DNA of 64,000 nt from Bryobacterales bacterium (GTDB lineage: Bacteria; Acidobacteriota; Terriglobia; Bryobacterales; UBA6623): NCBI GenBank assembly GCA_965237575.1, contig CBDEGI010000002.1, forward strand, positions 607,022-671,021. Reading direction: 5' to 3'. Shown here one piece after another: positions 28,178 through 37,811 of this stretch. A program made the translations under genes and the position numbers. The notes below the pieces were generated by a model, which had not been told where the DNA came from, searched no databases, and saw nothing but the letters and a program-made list of their open reading frames with translations. The first letter of the stretch is position 1; each line of letters begins with the position of its first letter.

Positions 28178-29092
28178 CTATGAAGAAGCGCTCGCATCTG
28201 ATGCCGCGCGCTTCCACGGCGGCGTCTCCGGCAACAATGCTAAGAATTCAGCCGTCCGAGCCTCTTCGTATTCGCCCCGATACGTCCCCGCGAAGAACCG
28301 ATCGAGCGCCTCAGCGTCGAGGCGCTCCCACGATTCTTCCTCGTGGCCTGGGTTCACCGGATAGAACATGATGTCGTTGGCCCGCGCGGCGTTCAGATCA
28401 CCAGGGGCGTCGCCGATCATGAGCATGTTGTCCGGCGCATAGCCTTTGCCCGCCTTGAGCACGCGCAGGTGTTCGGCCTTTTTTCCCAGTTCCTGCCCGG
28501 CGATCAGCGACGGGTAGTGATCGATCTTATGCTCGATCCACTCGCGCTGCAACGCCTCGCCCGGCGTCCCGGAAACCACGGCGAGGTCGGCACGCTCGGT
28601 GATCTTGTCCAAGCACTCGATCACCTTGGGGAATGGCGGGACTCCTTCGACCGTATCCCTGACCGCGGCATTAACCGCGTTGCTCCATTCCATCGTTCGC
28701 GTGAGGACGGGGTCGGCGTTCTCTTCCAGCACCTTGGCCAGCGACGCGTTGCTCTGTGGCAGGCCGGAGCTGACGAAATCCCGCAGCGGCTTCAGGTCGG
28801 GGATCTTTACGCCTCGCGCCATCGCCGCCGGGTAGTCCTTGAGTAGGTCGAGGCTCTTCACCAGCACCGGGAAGCGGTTGGCCCCGCGGTCGACCGAATA
28901 GAGGTTGGCGAACTCCCAGACTTGACGCGCGTACTTCGACGCGGCTTGCAGCTTCCATACTTTGATGAACGCGGGCGTGAAGCATTCTTTGTGTTTGATC
29001 TCCATCGAGTCAAACACGCAGCCGTCGGAGTCAAGCGCAACGAAGAAGTCGTGCTTGCGTTGGAACTCTTCCAGTTTTTTTTGTTGCGGCAT
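28178..29092 (-). CDS. HAD-superfamily hydrolase/phosphatase
   Basis: Motif I is FVALDSDGCVFD and motif IV is IGDAPGDLNAA. 304 aa. Confidence 0.75.
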   Translation of the reverse strand: MPQQKKLEEFQRKHDFFVALDSDGCVFDSMEIKHKECFTPAFIKVWKLQAASKYARQVWEFANLYSVDRGANRFPVLVKSLDLLKDYPAAMARGVKIPDLKPLRDFVSSGLPQSNASLAKVLEENADPVLTRTMEWSNAVNAAVRDTVEGVPPFPKVIECLDKITERADLAVVSGTPGEALQREWIEHKIDHYPSLIAGQELGKKAEHLRVLKAGKGYAPDNMLMIGDAPGDLNAARANDIMFYPVNPGHEEESWERLDAEALDRFFAGTYRGEYEEARTAEFLALLPETPPWKRAASDASASS

Positions 29093-29149
29093 CTGTTAGC
29101 GCGAGAGGTGGCCTGCGTCCGGCTTAGCAAACGGTTGTGCTTTCGAGGC

Positions 29150-29174
29150 GGGCACGGCATGCCGTGCCCCTACA
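29150..29174 (+). repeat. REP-like palindrome, copy 2
   Basis: GGGCACGGCATGCCGTGCCCCTACA. It lies 19 nt after the gnd stop and 58 nt before the HAD start (minus-strand genes). Confidence 0.85.
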
Positions 29175-29192
29175 CGTCACAGCGGGCAACCA

Positions 29193-30599
29193 CTAGTCTT
29201 CCCACTCGGTGTGGAACACGCCGTCGCGGTCGAGTCGCCGATAGGTGTGGGCCCCGAACAGATCGCGCTGCGCTTGCAGGAGGTTCGCCGGCAGGAACTC
29301 GCTGCGGTAGCTGTCGATGTAGGCCAGGGTCGCTCCCAAACAGGTCGCCGGCACGCCGGTTTCAGCAGCTAGGCTGACGATGTTGCGCAGGTCGGCCGAC
29401 TTCTCGTTCAACACCGCGCTGAAGGAGTCGTCGAGCAACAGGTTGATCAGCTTCGGATTCGCCGCGTACGCCCGCTTGATCGGGTCGAGCAGCTTCGACC
29501 GGATGATGCAGCCGGCCTTCCAGATGCGCGCCACCTCGCTCAAGTCCACGCCGTAGTCGTGCTCCTCGGAGGCCGCCCTAATCAACGCCATCCCCTGCGC
29601 GTAGCAACCGACGATCGCAAGGTGAAGCGCGTTGAACAGCGACGCCACCAGCGCGTCCTTGTCTCCTTCGAATTTCGCAGCCGGACCGTGCAGTACTTTC
29701 GATGCCTGGACGCGCTGTGGCTTCAACCCGGAAAGAATACGCGCCTCGACCGCCATGCTCAACGTCGGCGTCGGCACGCCCAGGTCGAGCGCCGATTGTG
29801 CTGTCCACTTACCCGTACCCTTCTGTCCCGCCGTATCGAGAATTAGCTCGACGAGAGGACTCCCTGTTTCCTCGTCGGTCTTGCCAAGGTTGATGGCCGA
29901 GATTTCGAGCAGGAAGCCTGTGATCTCGGTTTCGGTCCACTTGGCGAAGATGTCGCGGATCTGCGGGGTCGGCAACCCGGCCGACTTGCGCAGAATGTCG
30001 TACACCTCGCACAGGATCTGCATGATCCCGTACTCGATGCCGTTATGCACCATCTTGACGTAGTGGCCCGCCGATCCGGCACCGACGTACGTACAGCACG
30101 CGCCATCTTCGGTTTGCGCGGCGATCTTGGTGACGACGGGCTCGATGAGGCGGTAGGCGTCCTCATGTCCGCCGGGCATGATACTCGGTCCCAGCAACGC
30201 GCCCTTCTCGCCGCCGCTGATGCCGCAGCCGACGAAGTGAAAGCCCGCGTCACTCAATTCTTTCTGGCGACGCTCGGTATCGGGAAAATGGGCGTTGCCG
30301 CCGTCGATAATGATGTCGCCTTTTTCGAGTACGCCCTGGAGGTCGGCGATTACGGCGTCGGTGCCCTTGCCCGCGGTGACCATCAATAGAATCCGGCGGG
30401 GCTTGTCGAGCAGTTGGGCGAACTCGCTGACCGACTGCGTCACCTTGACGTTCTTGCCGGTGGACAGCTCGCGCATGCGGTCGGCTTTCTCCGCCCCGCG
30501 GTTGTAAGCGATGACGGGGAAGCCGTTGCGTTCGATATTGAGTGCGACGTTCTGGCCCATCACGCCAAGACCGGCAACACCGAAATTCACTTCCGCCAT
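29193..30599 (-). CDS. gnd: 6-phosphogluconate dehydrogenase, decarboxylating
   Basis: MAEVNFGVAGLGVMGQNVALNIERNGFPVIAYNRG… with full-length similarity to Gnd (…GHYVKMVHNGIEYGIMQ…). ATG at 30599 is preceded by GAGAAAGG. Confidence 0.92.
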   Translation of the reverse strand: MAEVNFGVAGLGVMGQNVALNIERNGFPVIAYNRGAEKADRMRELSTGKNVKVTQSVSEFAQLLDKPRRILLMVTAGKGTDAVIADLQGVLEKGDIIIDGGNAHFPDTERRQKELSDAGFHFVGCGISGGEKGALLGPSIMPGGHEDAYRLIEPVVTKIAAQTEDGACCTYVGAGSAGHYVKMVHNGIEYGIMQILCEVYDILRKSAGLPTPQIRDIFAKWTETEITGFLLEISAINLGKTDEETGSPLVELILDTAGQKGTGKWTAQSALDLGVPTPTLSMAVEARILSGLKPQRVQASKVLHGPAAKFEGDKDALVASLFNALHLAIVGCYAQGMALIRAASEEHDYGVDLSEVARIWKAGCIIRSKLLDPIKRAYAANPKLINLLLDDSFSAVLNEKSADLRNIVSLAAETGVPATCLGATLAYIDSYRSEFLPANLLQAQRDLFGAHTYRRLDRDGVFHTEWED

Positions 30600-30833
30600 G
30601 TTCGATCGACCTTTCTCGCTGCCGGGCACGGCCGGTTGGGCCTCGAGCGGCAGAGCTAATCTTACATCCTACTATCCCCGCGCGCCGGCGTGACTGCTCA
30701 GCAGATCGAAGACGGAGGGCGGACACGGCGGTCCGCCCCTACAAATGGTTATTACCCATGTCCCGGTCAGCACAAAATGGAATCGTTGCTTCATTTCAGG
30801 ACAAAAAAGGGCCAAATCGGGCGACTTGGACGG

Positions 30834-31253
30834 TTAGGGATCGGGGGTGGGCGCCGAGGTTGCGGAAGACGCTTCGTCCGGTCTCGCGCCGGCTAGCGGC
30901 AGCTCTCTACTGCCGCTGCGGCTCGCAACGCCTAAGCTCAGCAACCCCTCAGGCGGGGCATCTTTCAAGCCAACTTTGTTTGCGCGAACCACGGCCCAAA
31001 TAGCAGGTACGCAGAGAGCCACGCCGAACCATCGTGAGGCCTGGTCGTGGACCACGAAATTCCAGCTAAGGTTGAAAACGAAAGGAGGGACCCAGAAGGG
31101 ACCGACCGCCAACCAGTACGGCGTGCGTGGGCTCCACCCACGCGCGGGGATTTTACCTTTGACCCAGGATGGCAGCCAATGAGCGCCCACCCACATCGCT
31201 AGGACAAGGATAGTGTAAATCCAGGTTTCTGATGGCAGGCTTGCGATTTGCAT
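30834..31253 (-). CDS. Small membrane protein, unknown function
   Basis: 139-aa ORF with 3 Trp-rich hydrophobic segments and reasonable codon bias. No recognisable family. Confidence 0.4.
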   Translation of the reverse strand: MQIASLPSETWIYTILVLAMWVGAHWLPSWVKGKIPARGWSPRTPYWLAVGPFWVPPFVFNLSWNFVVHDQASRWFGVALCVPAIWAVVRANKVGLKDAPPEGLLSLGVASRSGSRELPLAGARPDEASSATSAPTPDP

Positions 31254-31307
31254 TCGCGTGTGCTCGGACGCCAGTATAATACAAACCTTCCGCGGGTGGC
31301 GCTAGCG

Positions 31308-32069
31308 CTAGAGTCTTCGTAGGTGGAAGCCACCGTCGACATCGAGCGCTTGGCCCGTGGAGTAGTCGAGTAGGCCGTCGGCAACGGCTCGCACCGCGCG
31401 GGCGACGTCGTCAGTTTCGCCGAGCCGGCCTTGGGGAAGTAGTCCTTCGGCAGCGAGCTTTTCGTATTTGGCAACCACCGGCGCCACCATGTCGGTGCGA
31501 ATGATGCCGGGCCGGATCTCGAACACTCCGATACCGTCAGGGGCCAGCCGGTCGGCGAAGAGCTTCACCGCCATGCTGAGGCCCGCCTTCGATACGCAAT
31601 ACTCGCCGCGGTTGGGCGATGAGGTGTAAGCGGAGATCGACGTGATGAAAACCACGCGGCCCGACTGGCGTTCGCTCATCCAGCGGGCAGCGGACTGGGT
31701 GAGGAAGTAAGGGCCTTTGAGGTTGGTGTTGAGCACCTCGTCGAAGCTCTCTTCGGTGGCTTCGAGCAGGTCGAGGCGTTGACGCGGCGCCATGCCGGCG
31801 TTGTTGACGAGCAAGTCGAGTTGCCCGAAGTGTTCGCGGCAGAAAGCAAGCAGCCGGTCGCGGTCCTCGGCCTGGCCCACGTCAATCTGGAAGATCTCGA
31901 CGCCGGTTTCCTTTTGCAGGCTGCGTGCGGCGTCCTCGCGCCCGCGGTAGGTGGCGATCACGCGATGGGTGCTTGACAACTCCTTGGCGATGGCCCGTCC
32001 GATGCCGCGGCTGCCGCCGGTGACGATGGCTACGGGACGTTGCGCGTCGGAAGCGGGTGAGTTTGGCAT
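31308..32069 (-). CDS. Short-chain dehydrogenase/reductase (SDR)
   Basis: TGGSRGIGRAI cofactor motif, NNAG, and the catalytic YCVSKAG. Confidence 0.85.
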   Translation of the reverse strand: MPNSPASDAQRPVAIVTGGSRGIGRAIAKELSSTHRVIATYRGREDAARSLQKETGVEIFQIDVGQAEDRDRLLAFCREHFGQLDLLVNNAGMAPRQRLDLLEATEESFDEVLNTNLKGPYFLTQSAARWMSERQSGRVVFITSISAYTSSPNRGEYCVSKAGLSMAVKLFADRLAPDGIGVFEIRPGIIRTDMVAPVVAKYEKLAAEGLLPQGRLGETDDVARAVRAVADGLLDYSTGQALDVDGGFHLRRL

Positions 32070-32233
32070 GGCAAACCGTCTATGATAACTGCTCAGTACT
32101 TAATCGCGCGATGCTCGAGGCCAACCTGGACTAGGGCGCCGCAGTGATTTCGCGGTCTTATGGCGTGGCGCGGCCGGGCATCGCTGCCGATCGAACCTAG
32201 TGAGACTCGCAACTACAGTAACCTTGGAAGACG

Positions 32234-32257
32234 GGGACGGCATGCCGTGCCCCTACA
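32234..32257 (+). repeat. REP-like palindrome, copy 3 (one base missing in left arm)
   Basis: GGGACGGCATGCCGTGCCCCTACA, located in the divergent SDR/USP intergenic region. Confidence 0.8.
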
Positions 32258-32444
32258 TGTGAACATGGGTCCTGTCAGCATAATTCGCGAGAGTCAGTAG
32301 TAGAGCAGCTCGAACCTTCGGTCACGTTTCCACGAAGCCGAGACGCCATTTTGTCGAAAGCCGCGGCATGCGGCGCCCCGACGTTGCGAATCGAGACGCG
32401 ACTGCCACACGGAACGCGTTGTCTAGTGGAGGATGGTCTCGCTG

Positions 32445-33380
32445 ATGAAGCTCTTCAAGAGAATTCTTGTCTTCGCTGACGCTGCTTTTGACAAGCATCC
32501 GGCGCTGACCCGCGCCGCGCGGCTGGCCCAGGCAACCGGCGCGGCCCTCAAGGTGGTGGACGTCGTGGAGGAAGAGCCGCTCTTCCATGCGCGCTTGAAC
32601 CCGCCGGCGTGGGCGCTGCCAGCCAACTTGGCCAAGCACAAGGCGGCGGTTCTCGAGAAGCTTGTGGCTCCCTTGCGCGCCAAGGGAGTGAAAGCAGGGA
32701 CGGAGGTGCTTTTCGGCAAGCCGTTCGCCGAGATCATCCGCGAAGTATTGCGCAACCGCCATGACCTCGTGATGAAGACAGCACATCAGGGCGGGATTTT
32801 GCATCTGGTCGATTCGACAGCCATGGACCTGCTGCGGAACTGCCCCTGCCCGGTCGAGTTGGTGAAGCCGACGGGCGCGCGCCGCCACAAGGCTATCCTG
32901 GCATGCGTCGATCCCGTGCGGGACGAGCCGCAACAAGCGGCGATGAACCACAAGGTGATCAACGTGGCGCGAGCGCTGGCCGAGTGGGACCGCGGCGAAT
33001 TGCACCTGATCCACGTGTGGAGTGTGTTCGGGGAGAGGATACTGCGCGGGCATTCCGGGGGGCAGCGCCGCGAGTTGGAAGAGTACATCACCTCCAAACG
33101 TGCCGAGAGGCGTGAGGACCTCCAGGATTTTCTTGCCAAGGAGGGCGTGTCTATCGAGCGCGATCGAATCCACTTCATCAAAGGCACTCCCGGCGGGGCC
33201 ATACCCCGCTTTGCCAAGCGCCGCCGGATGGACCTGGTCGTGATGGGCACCGTCGCGCGCTCCGGCCTCGACGGGTTTCTGATCGGCAATACCGCCGAGA
33301 AGGTCGTCAGCAAGCTCGACTGTTCGCTGTTGGCCGTGAAGCCGAATGACTTCGTTTCACCTGTGCGACCGAAGGGGTGA
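32445..33380 (+). CDS. Tandem universal stress protein (UspA-family)
   Basis: Two USP domains (…ILVFADAA… and …LVVMGTVARSGLDGFLIGNTAEKVVSKLDCSLLAVKP). GGAGG lies at 32428-32432. ATG 32445 is preferred, although ATG 32433 immediately abuts the SD. Confidence 0.8.
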   Translation: MKLFKRILVFADAAFDKHPALTRAARLAQATGAALKVVDVVEEEPLFHARLNPPAWALPANLAKHKAAVLEKLVAPLRAKGVKAGTEVLFGKPFAEIIREVLRNRHDLVMKTAHQGGILHLVDSTAMDLLRNCPCPVELVKPTGARRHKAILACVDPVRDEPQQAAMNHKVINVARALAEWDRGELHLIHVWSVFGERILRGHSGGQRRELEEYITSKRAERREDLQDFLAKEGVSIERDRIHFIKGTPGGAIPRFAKRRRMDLVVMGTVARSGLDGFLIGNTAEKVVSKLDCSLLAVKPNDFVSPVRPKG

Positions 33381-33475
33381 CGGCTTCCCGGCGCAGGAAG
33401 GGCGGCAGCGGTGCACCTGGGGACAGCCAGCCAATTCTCGCTCCCGAAGGACATTGGCAGGGCGCAGGCTAGAGG

Positions 33476-33532
33476 CCTTTGAGTGGCGCCGGGGTTCGTG
33501 CCGGACCGCTCCCTTACGGTCACGGCTCGGTT
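33476..33532 (-). repeat. 57-bp dispersed repeat (copy 2, reverse orientation) overlapping the stop codon of the GH-like gene
   Basis: The reverse complement reads aaccgagccgtgaccgtaagggagcggtccggcacgaaccccggcgccactcaaagg. Confidence 0.8.
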
Positions 33533-33871
33533 GATTCCGTGGATAGCTCGGCGACGCCGATGTGTGCGTAAACGCCGGCCGAGTCGGTTCGAGTGCGGCC
33601 CTGGTTGTCGGTGTACTCGTTCTGCCAATCGCGCGCCGAGTAATACATCAAGTAGCGGTCTTCGAGACTGACGACCGAGGGTGTCGAGGTGTAGCGGCCG
33701 TCGAACAGATCTCTGCCTCCTTCAAGACCATGGGCGGCAGGGAAGGCCTCGCGGCTGTGGTCGGTGTCCCAGTGGGTGCCGTCGCGCGAGGTCGCGCAGA
33801 AGATCTCGAACGTCCCTCCGTCGAGGTGGCAGCCGTACCACATGTAGTACGTGTCGTTCTCTTTGAGGACA

Positions 33872-34146
33872 AGTGGGGTATCCATTTGACTCAGGTGACC
33901 ACAACATACTGTGGTTGGCCATTGGCGGCCCCCGGAAAGGCTTGCCGATAGCACCACGTTTCCAAGCCTGCGATGGCCATGGCGCGTGCGTAATCCTTGA
34001 TCGGCCCGAAACGCAGCCTCGTGGCCCAATTGCCTGCAGACCGGCGTCTGGCGCCCCAGGGTGCATTCTGGGTGCAGTGTGCTGGCGTCCATGGATCGAC
34101 CAAACCACAACGCCTAGGGGCTACCTGAGTCAAGTGGATACCCCAT
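33872..34146 (-). mobile_element. Non-autonomous TIR element, family B (MITE-like), copy 1, inside the GH-like gene
   Basis: agtGGGGTATCCATTTGACTCAGGT … ACCTGAGTCAAGTGGATACCCCat. The 9-bp direct repeat TTGAGGACA lies at 33863-33871 and 34147-34155. By eye it is identical, as a reverse complement, to 63462..63736. Confidence 0.85.
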
Positions 34147-34975
34147 TTGAGGACAAATGGATAGACGGTCGAGTTCGCCCTGCCCGTGGGCTGCAAGACC
34201 GGCTGATCGGAGCGTTCCCATTGGACGCCGTCGGTTGAGGTGAACTCGTAGATGTTTCGATAGAGATCGCCGGGGGGATGTTGGCGACTCGGCCGCGATC
34301 CCATCCACATGCGATAGCGTCCGGGGCCTTCTTTAATGACTGACGGCGAACGGCCTGATTCGTAGATTGGCTCGGGGTGAATCCGCCACCGGATTCCGTC
34401 GCTGCTGGTGGCGTAGCCGAGCGCCTGTGTCATCTCGGTCATCTGTCCCGCCTCATCGCGCTCAATCTCCGTCACCGACACGAACCACATCTTGTAGATG
34501 TGCTCGTCGTCGTCGAACAGCACAAAAGGTGTTTGAAAGTTCGAGCCCCAAGGTAGGTCGTCGCCCGTGAGGATCGGATTACCGTCATACTCTCGCCACT
34601 CGATGCCGTCGTCGGACTCGGCGTACCCGAGGGCGATGTCCGAAGAGCGGGAGCCGGTCGAGGTGCCCAGGTACCACATCTTGAACTTGCCGTCCCGGCG
34701 GAGGACGTGAGGCGTATAGAGGACAACCTTTGACCAAGCTTGCTGGGTCGTGCCGGCTGAGAGAATCGGCTCGGGCCTTCTCTCCCACGGTTGTGGACGT
34801 TGGTCGAGCGGATGGGGTCTTGCGCTGGTCTGATCGGTTGACGCAGTTGGAGCGTCGGGTGATTCCGAGCAGCCCAGGCCCGCGAGGAGCAAACACAGGG
34901 CGACCCACAGGAGCTTGTTGCGAGATCGCCGCTTTTCTTCGGGTGAGTCTGATATTGGAGGGTGTTGTGGTACGA

Positions 34976-35000
34976 GGGCACGGCATGCCGTGCCCCTACA
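34976..35000 (+). repeat. REP-like palindrome, copy 4
   Basis: GGGCACGGCATGCCGTGCCCCTACA, lying within the first 20 codons of the only available reading frame of the GH-like gene. Confidence 0.85.
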
Positions 35001-35039
35001 TCTCAAACCCTGAGCACGAGTAAATCGACAAGTCACATT

Positions 35040-37353
35040 TCACTCCTTGTAGGTGACGAAGAAAGGGGAGATCCACGCTGCTTCGGGATCGCCTGTTGGG
35101 TTCTCGGGATCGCGCTGGAAGACGCGCAGGTAGTAGTAAGTTTCTCCGACGGCCGCATCGAGATCACGGTAGGAAACCTTGGCCGTGCGCTTACCCGGCC
35201 GCGTCGTGTAGACGTACTTGCCGTTCTTGACCACGTCGATCCGTAGGATCTCGTCGGGCGCCTCGATCTCGGCCTCGATCTGGGGAGGGCGTGCAGTGGA
35301 GGCTTCGAACCTCGCGCCCGGCATGTAGCGGTCCGCCGAGGCGCGCACGATGATTTCGTCGCTCGCGCCATAGCTGTGCCGGGCAAGCATCCCGTCGAGG
35401 ATGCCTTGACGGTCTTCGGTTTCGGCCCAAACTGCGGCCCAGCTATTGTGCGTCGAGAAGTGGTCGCTGAAGGAGACGAAACCGTAGACGTTGCCTTTCT
35501 CGAGCGCGTCGCGGGCGAAGTGTCCGGGCTCGTCGGTCTGCGTGGGGCCGCGCTTCTCGTCATCGGGCAGCCGCCAAGCCTCGTAGCTGCCACGGAATGC
35601 CTGGTAGATCTCGAGTACCGAGTCGTAGGCTGGGTTGGGCCAGTTCCAATCAGCCAGCGGGCCCGAGCCGAACGTGTGCGGGACGACGACGACCTTCTGC
35701 CCGGGTTGCGTGAGGACGTTGCCCTCGATCCACTTCCACAGATTCGGAGGCAGGTTGTCCTCGGGCCTACGCTCGCGGTCGATCAGGCGCATCGGCGCGC
35801 CGCGCTTGAGGAAGAGCAGGTTGCGATGGCCGCCCGGCCGCTGCAGGCTGTGCTCGTAACTATAGATGCCGACGAACACGGGCGCGTGCGTCATCAAGTC
35901 GACGGCCTTTTGCGTCCACCACCACTGGTAGTCGCGAAGGCCGTCGGCGCGGCGGACGCTCGGCAGGGCGGGGAAGCGTGACTTCGGTGAGTTGAGCGGC
36001 CACTGGCTGGTTGGTTTTGGGCAGATCGGTTACGTACGCGCGGTAGTGCAGGGCGTGCAACTGCTCGGTGGGGACGTTGTCCGCCGAGCGGCCATCGCCG
36101 GCATAGGCGACCGTAGTGCGGCCCATGGGGGTCCGCGCAAGCGACGCGAACTGCGTGGCGCGGCCCGAGCTTTTGGAGAGCCGCGACGGCAGCGACCACT
36201 TTCCGCCGCTCAGGTGCGTGGCAAAGAACTGGTGCGCGGTGATCGGTTCGGAGAGAGTCCAGTGGCGGAACAGCAGCCACAGGGCCCCACTGCCATCAAA
36301 GGCGAGATGCGGAAGAGCGGCGTAGCGCGTCATCCCGCCGGAGAGGACTTGCGAGACGTCCGCCGAGGGCTGCTGGAGGCGTCCGTTGGCCCACACGCGA
36401 AGGCCGATGGAGCGTGAGTTGTAGAGGCCGCGGCTGCCGTCGACCGCGCTCGAGCGCGAGAAGTCCTTGCCCCAGTTCTCGCCACCTTCGTCCCAGGCGA
36501 CCCAGACACGGTCGTCGGCATCGACGGCGACGCTTGAATGGAATTGCGCGGCCGTTTCGGTCGTGATAGGGATGACTTCGCCGGGACGGGTGCCGTTGAA
36601 CGAGCGTAGGAAGACGTCGTAGTTGCCGTGGTGATAGGAGTCCCAACTGACCCAGGCGGTGCCGGACGAATCGAGGGCCACGGCGGGCTGCCAGTCGTTG
36701 GCGTCGCTGGTGGAGATGCGGACTTCCGGTCCCCACGCGTCGCCGTTGAAGCGGCGGGCGTAGATGTCGGAATTGCCGTTGCGGAAGGACTGCCAGGCGA
36801 TGATGACGTTGCCGGCGCCGTCGGACACGGTCTTGACGTTGAAGTCGCTGTGCGGCGAGCGCGTGAGACGGTAGGGCACCGAGAGCTCGCCTTCCGGGGA
36901 GAGCGTGCGGCTGAACAGTTCGAAGTTCCCGTCGACCTGCCTGGACCAGACCACCAGGGCGCCGTCAGGCGTGGCGGCGATCGCCGGGGAATAGTGGTCG
37001 CCCCAACCGCTGACCTCGATGGGGTCGGACGGGCCTATGTGTGGTTTGTGAATCCGCGCCACGACTCGGTCGGCCTGTTTGCCGTCCCATTCGACGTAGG
37101 CGCAGTAGAGCGCGTCGTCGACGCCGTAGGTGATGGCGGGCCAGTCCGCCGTGTGGCCGGGGCGGCTCAGCGCCGAGCCGGGAAACTCTCCCGCGAGCCG
37201 GAGCGGCGAAGGTTGGTACCGGGTCTCGCGCACCCACTCGCGCTCGGGTTCACCCGGCTGCTGAGCCTGAAGAAGAGTCGTGGTGACGAAGGCAAAGCTG
37301 AGAAGTAACCGGCGTGGAGCGATCAAGCGTGTCACGTACCCGCGATTATACAT
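35040..37353 (-). pseudogene. Decayed paralogue of the beta-propeller/PHP-type metallohydrolase at 58580..61480 (frameshift plus loss of metal-binding segment)
   Basis: ORFs 35860..37353 and 35040..35897 align with the N- and C-terminal parts of the 58580..61480 product (ANDWQPAVALDSSGTAWVSWDSYHHGNYDVFLR vs ANDWEPSVAVNSRGEAAIAWDSYRHGNYDIFLR; YQWWWTQKAVDLMTHAPVFVGIYSYEHSLQRPGGHRN vs YLWRMVDKAVDVYKIPGVFYPLLNYERTVAYPDGHRN). The segment with GDLHRHTDLS is absent. The frame change lies between ~35900 and 35960. Confidence 0.7.
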
Positions 37354-37521
37354 CCGGCGGTTGCCCAGCCCTCTTCGCCCGGGAGACCAGCCGGCCTAGG
37401 GGAGCAAGTTGCCCAGCCCTGTTGGGGTGAAGCGAAACTTCAACCGCTGCCTCCAAGTCCCGTTCTGGGCGATCGCCCGGGAGACCAGCCGGCCTAGGGG
37501 AGCAAGCCCACTTCTTCTCTA

Positions 37522-37717
37522 CTGGGGTATGCACTTGACTGAGTATCCGGGCTCTGGAGGACTATTCGCTCTGGGGAGTTTCAAGAGCGCTTCGCCTTCA
37601 GGTTTCAAAGTCAACCGCTGCCGTCCCCCCGCGGGGCGCAATGAGCGGCGGCTATGCCCCTCAGGGTGCGGTCGCCGCAGTCGCCGACCACCGTCGGGAG
37701 TCAAGTGCATACCCCGA
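37522..37717 (-). mobile_element. Family A TIR element, internally deleted copy (196 bp), intergenic
   Basis: ctGGGGTATGCACTTGACT … GGGAGTCAAGTGCATACCCCga, flanked by the 8-bp direct repeat CTTCTCTA (37514-37521 and 37718-37725). It aligns with the reverse complement of the full copies with four internal gaps. Confidence 0.8.
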
Positions 37718-37811
37718 CTTCTCTATTGGACGGGGCGGGCCGCAACGGCCAAATCTTCTGCGGCCGCCTGATCGCTTTCCCCGGCCCTGACTCGCTGTTG
37801 GAAGCGGGCCC

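Larger units (their letters stand above)
33520..35036 (-). pseudogene. Secreted five-bladed beta-propeller glycoside-hydrolase-like protein (GH43/GH130-like fold), interrupted by a 275-bp TIR element
   Basis: ORFs 33891..35036 and 33520..34110 are the two halves. Recurrent blade motifs: KFKMWYLG, GYAESDDGIEW, YKMWFVS, GYATSSDGIRW, RYRMWMG, TYYMWYG, SRDGTHW, YLMYYSA. Removing 33872..34146 plus one TSD restores …STVYPFVLKENDTYYMWYG…. Lipoprotein-like signal: LLWVALCLLLAGLGCS. Confidence 0.7.

Noticed and set aside
32322-33628. Minus-strand ORFs 32322..33173 and 32786..33628
   Set aside because: They are antisense to the tandem USP gene and have no recognisable domains.
33722-34108. ORFs of 120-150 aa running through the family B element (33722..34108 -, 33873..34238 +, 63500..63961 +, 63436..63735 -)
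   Set aside because: The same DNA occurs in both orientations bounded by inverted termini and target duplications. Every frame is open simply because of GC content, and none resembles a transposase or any other protein family.
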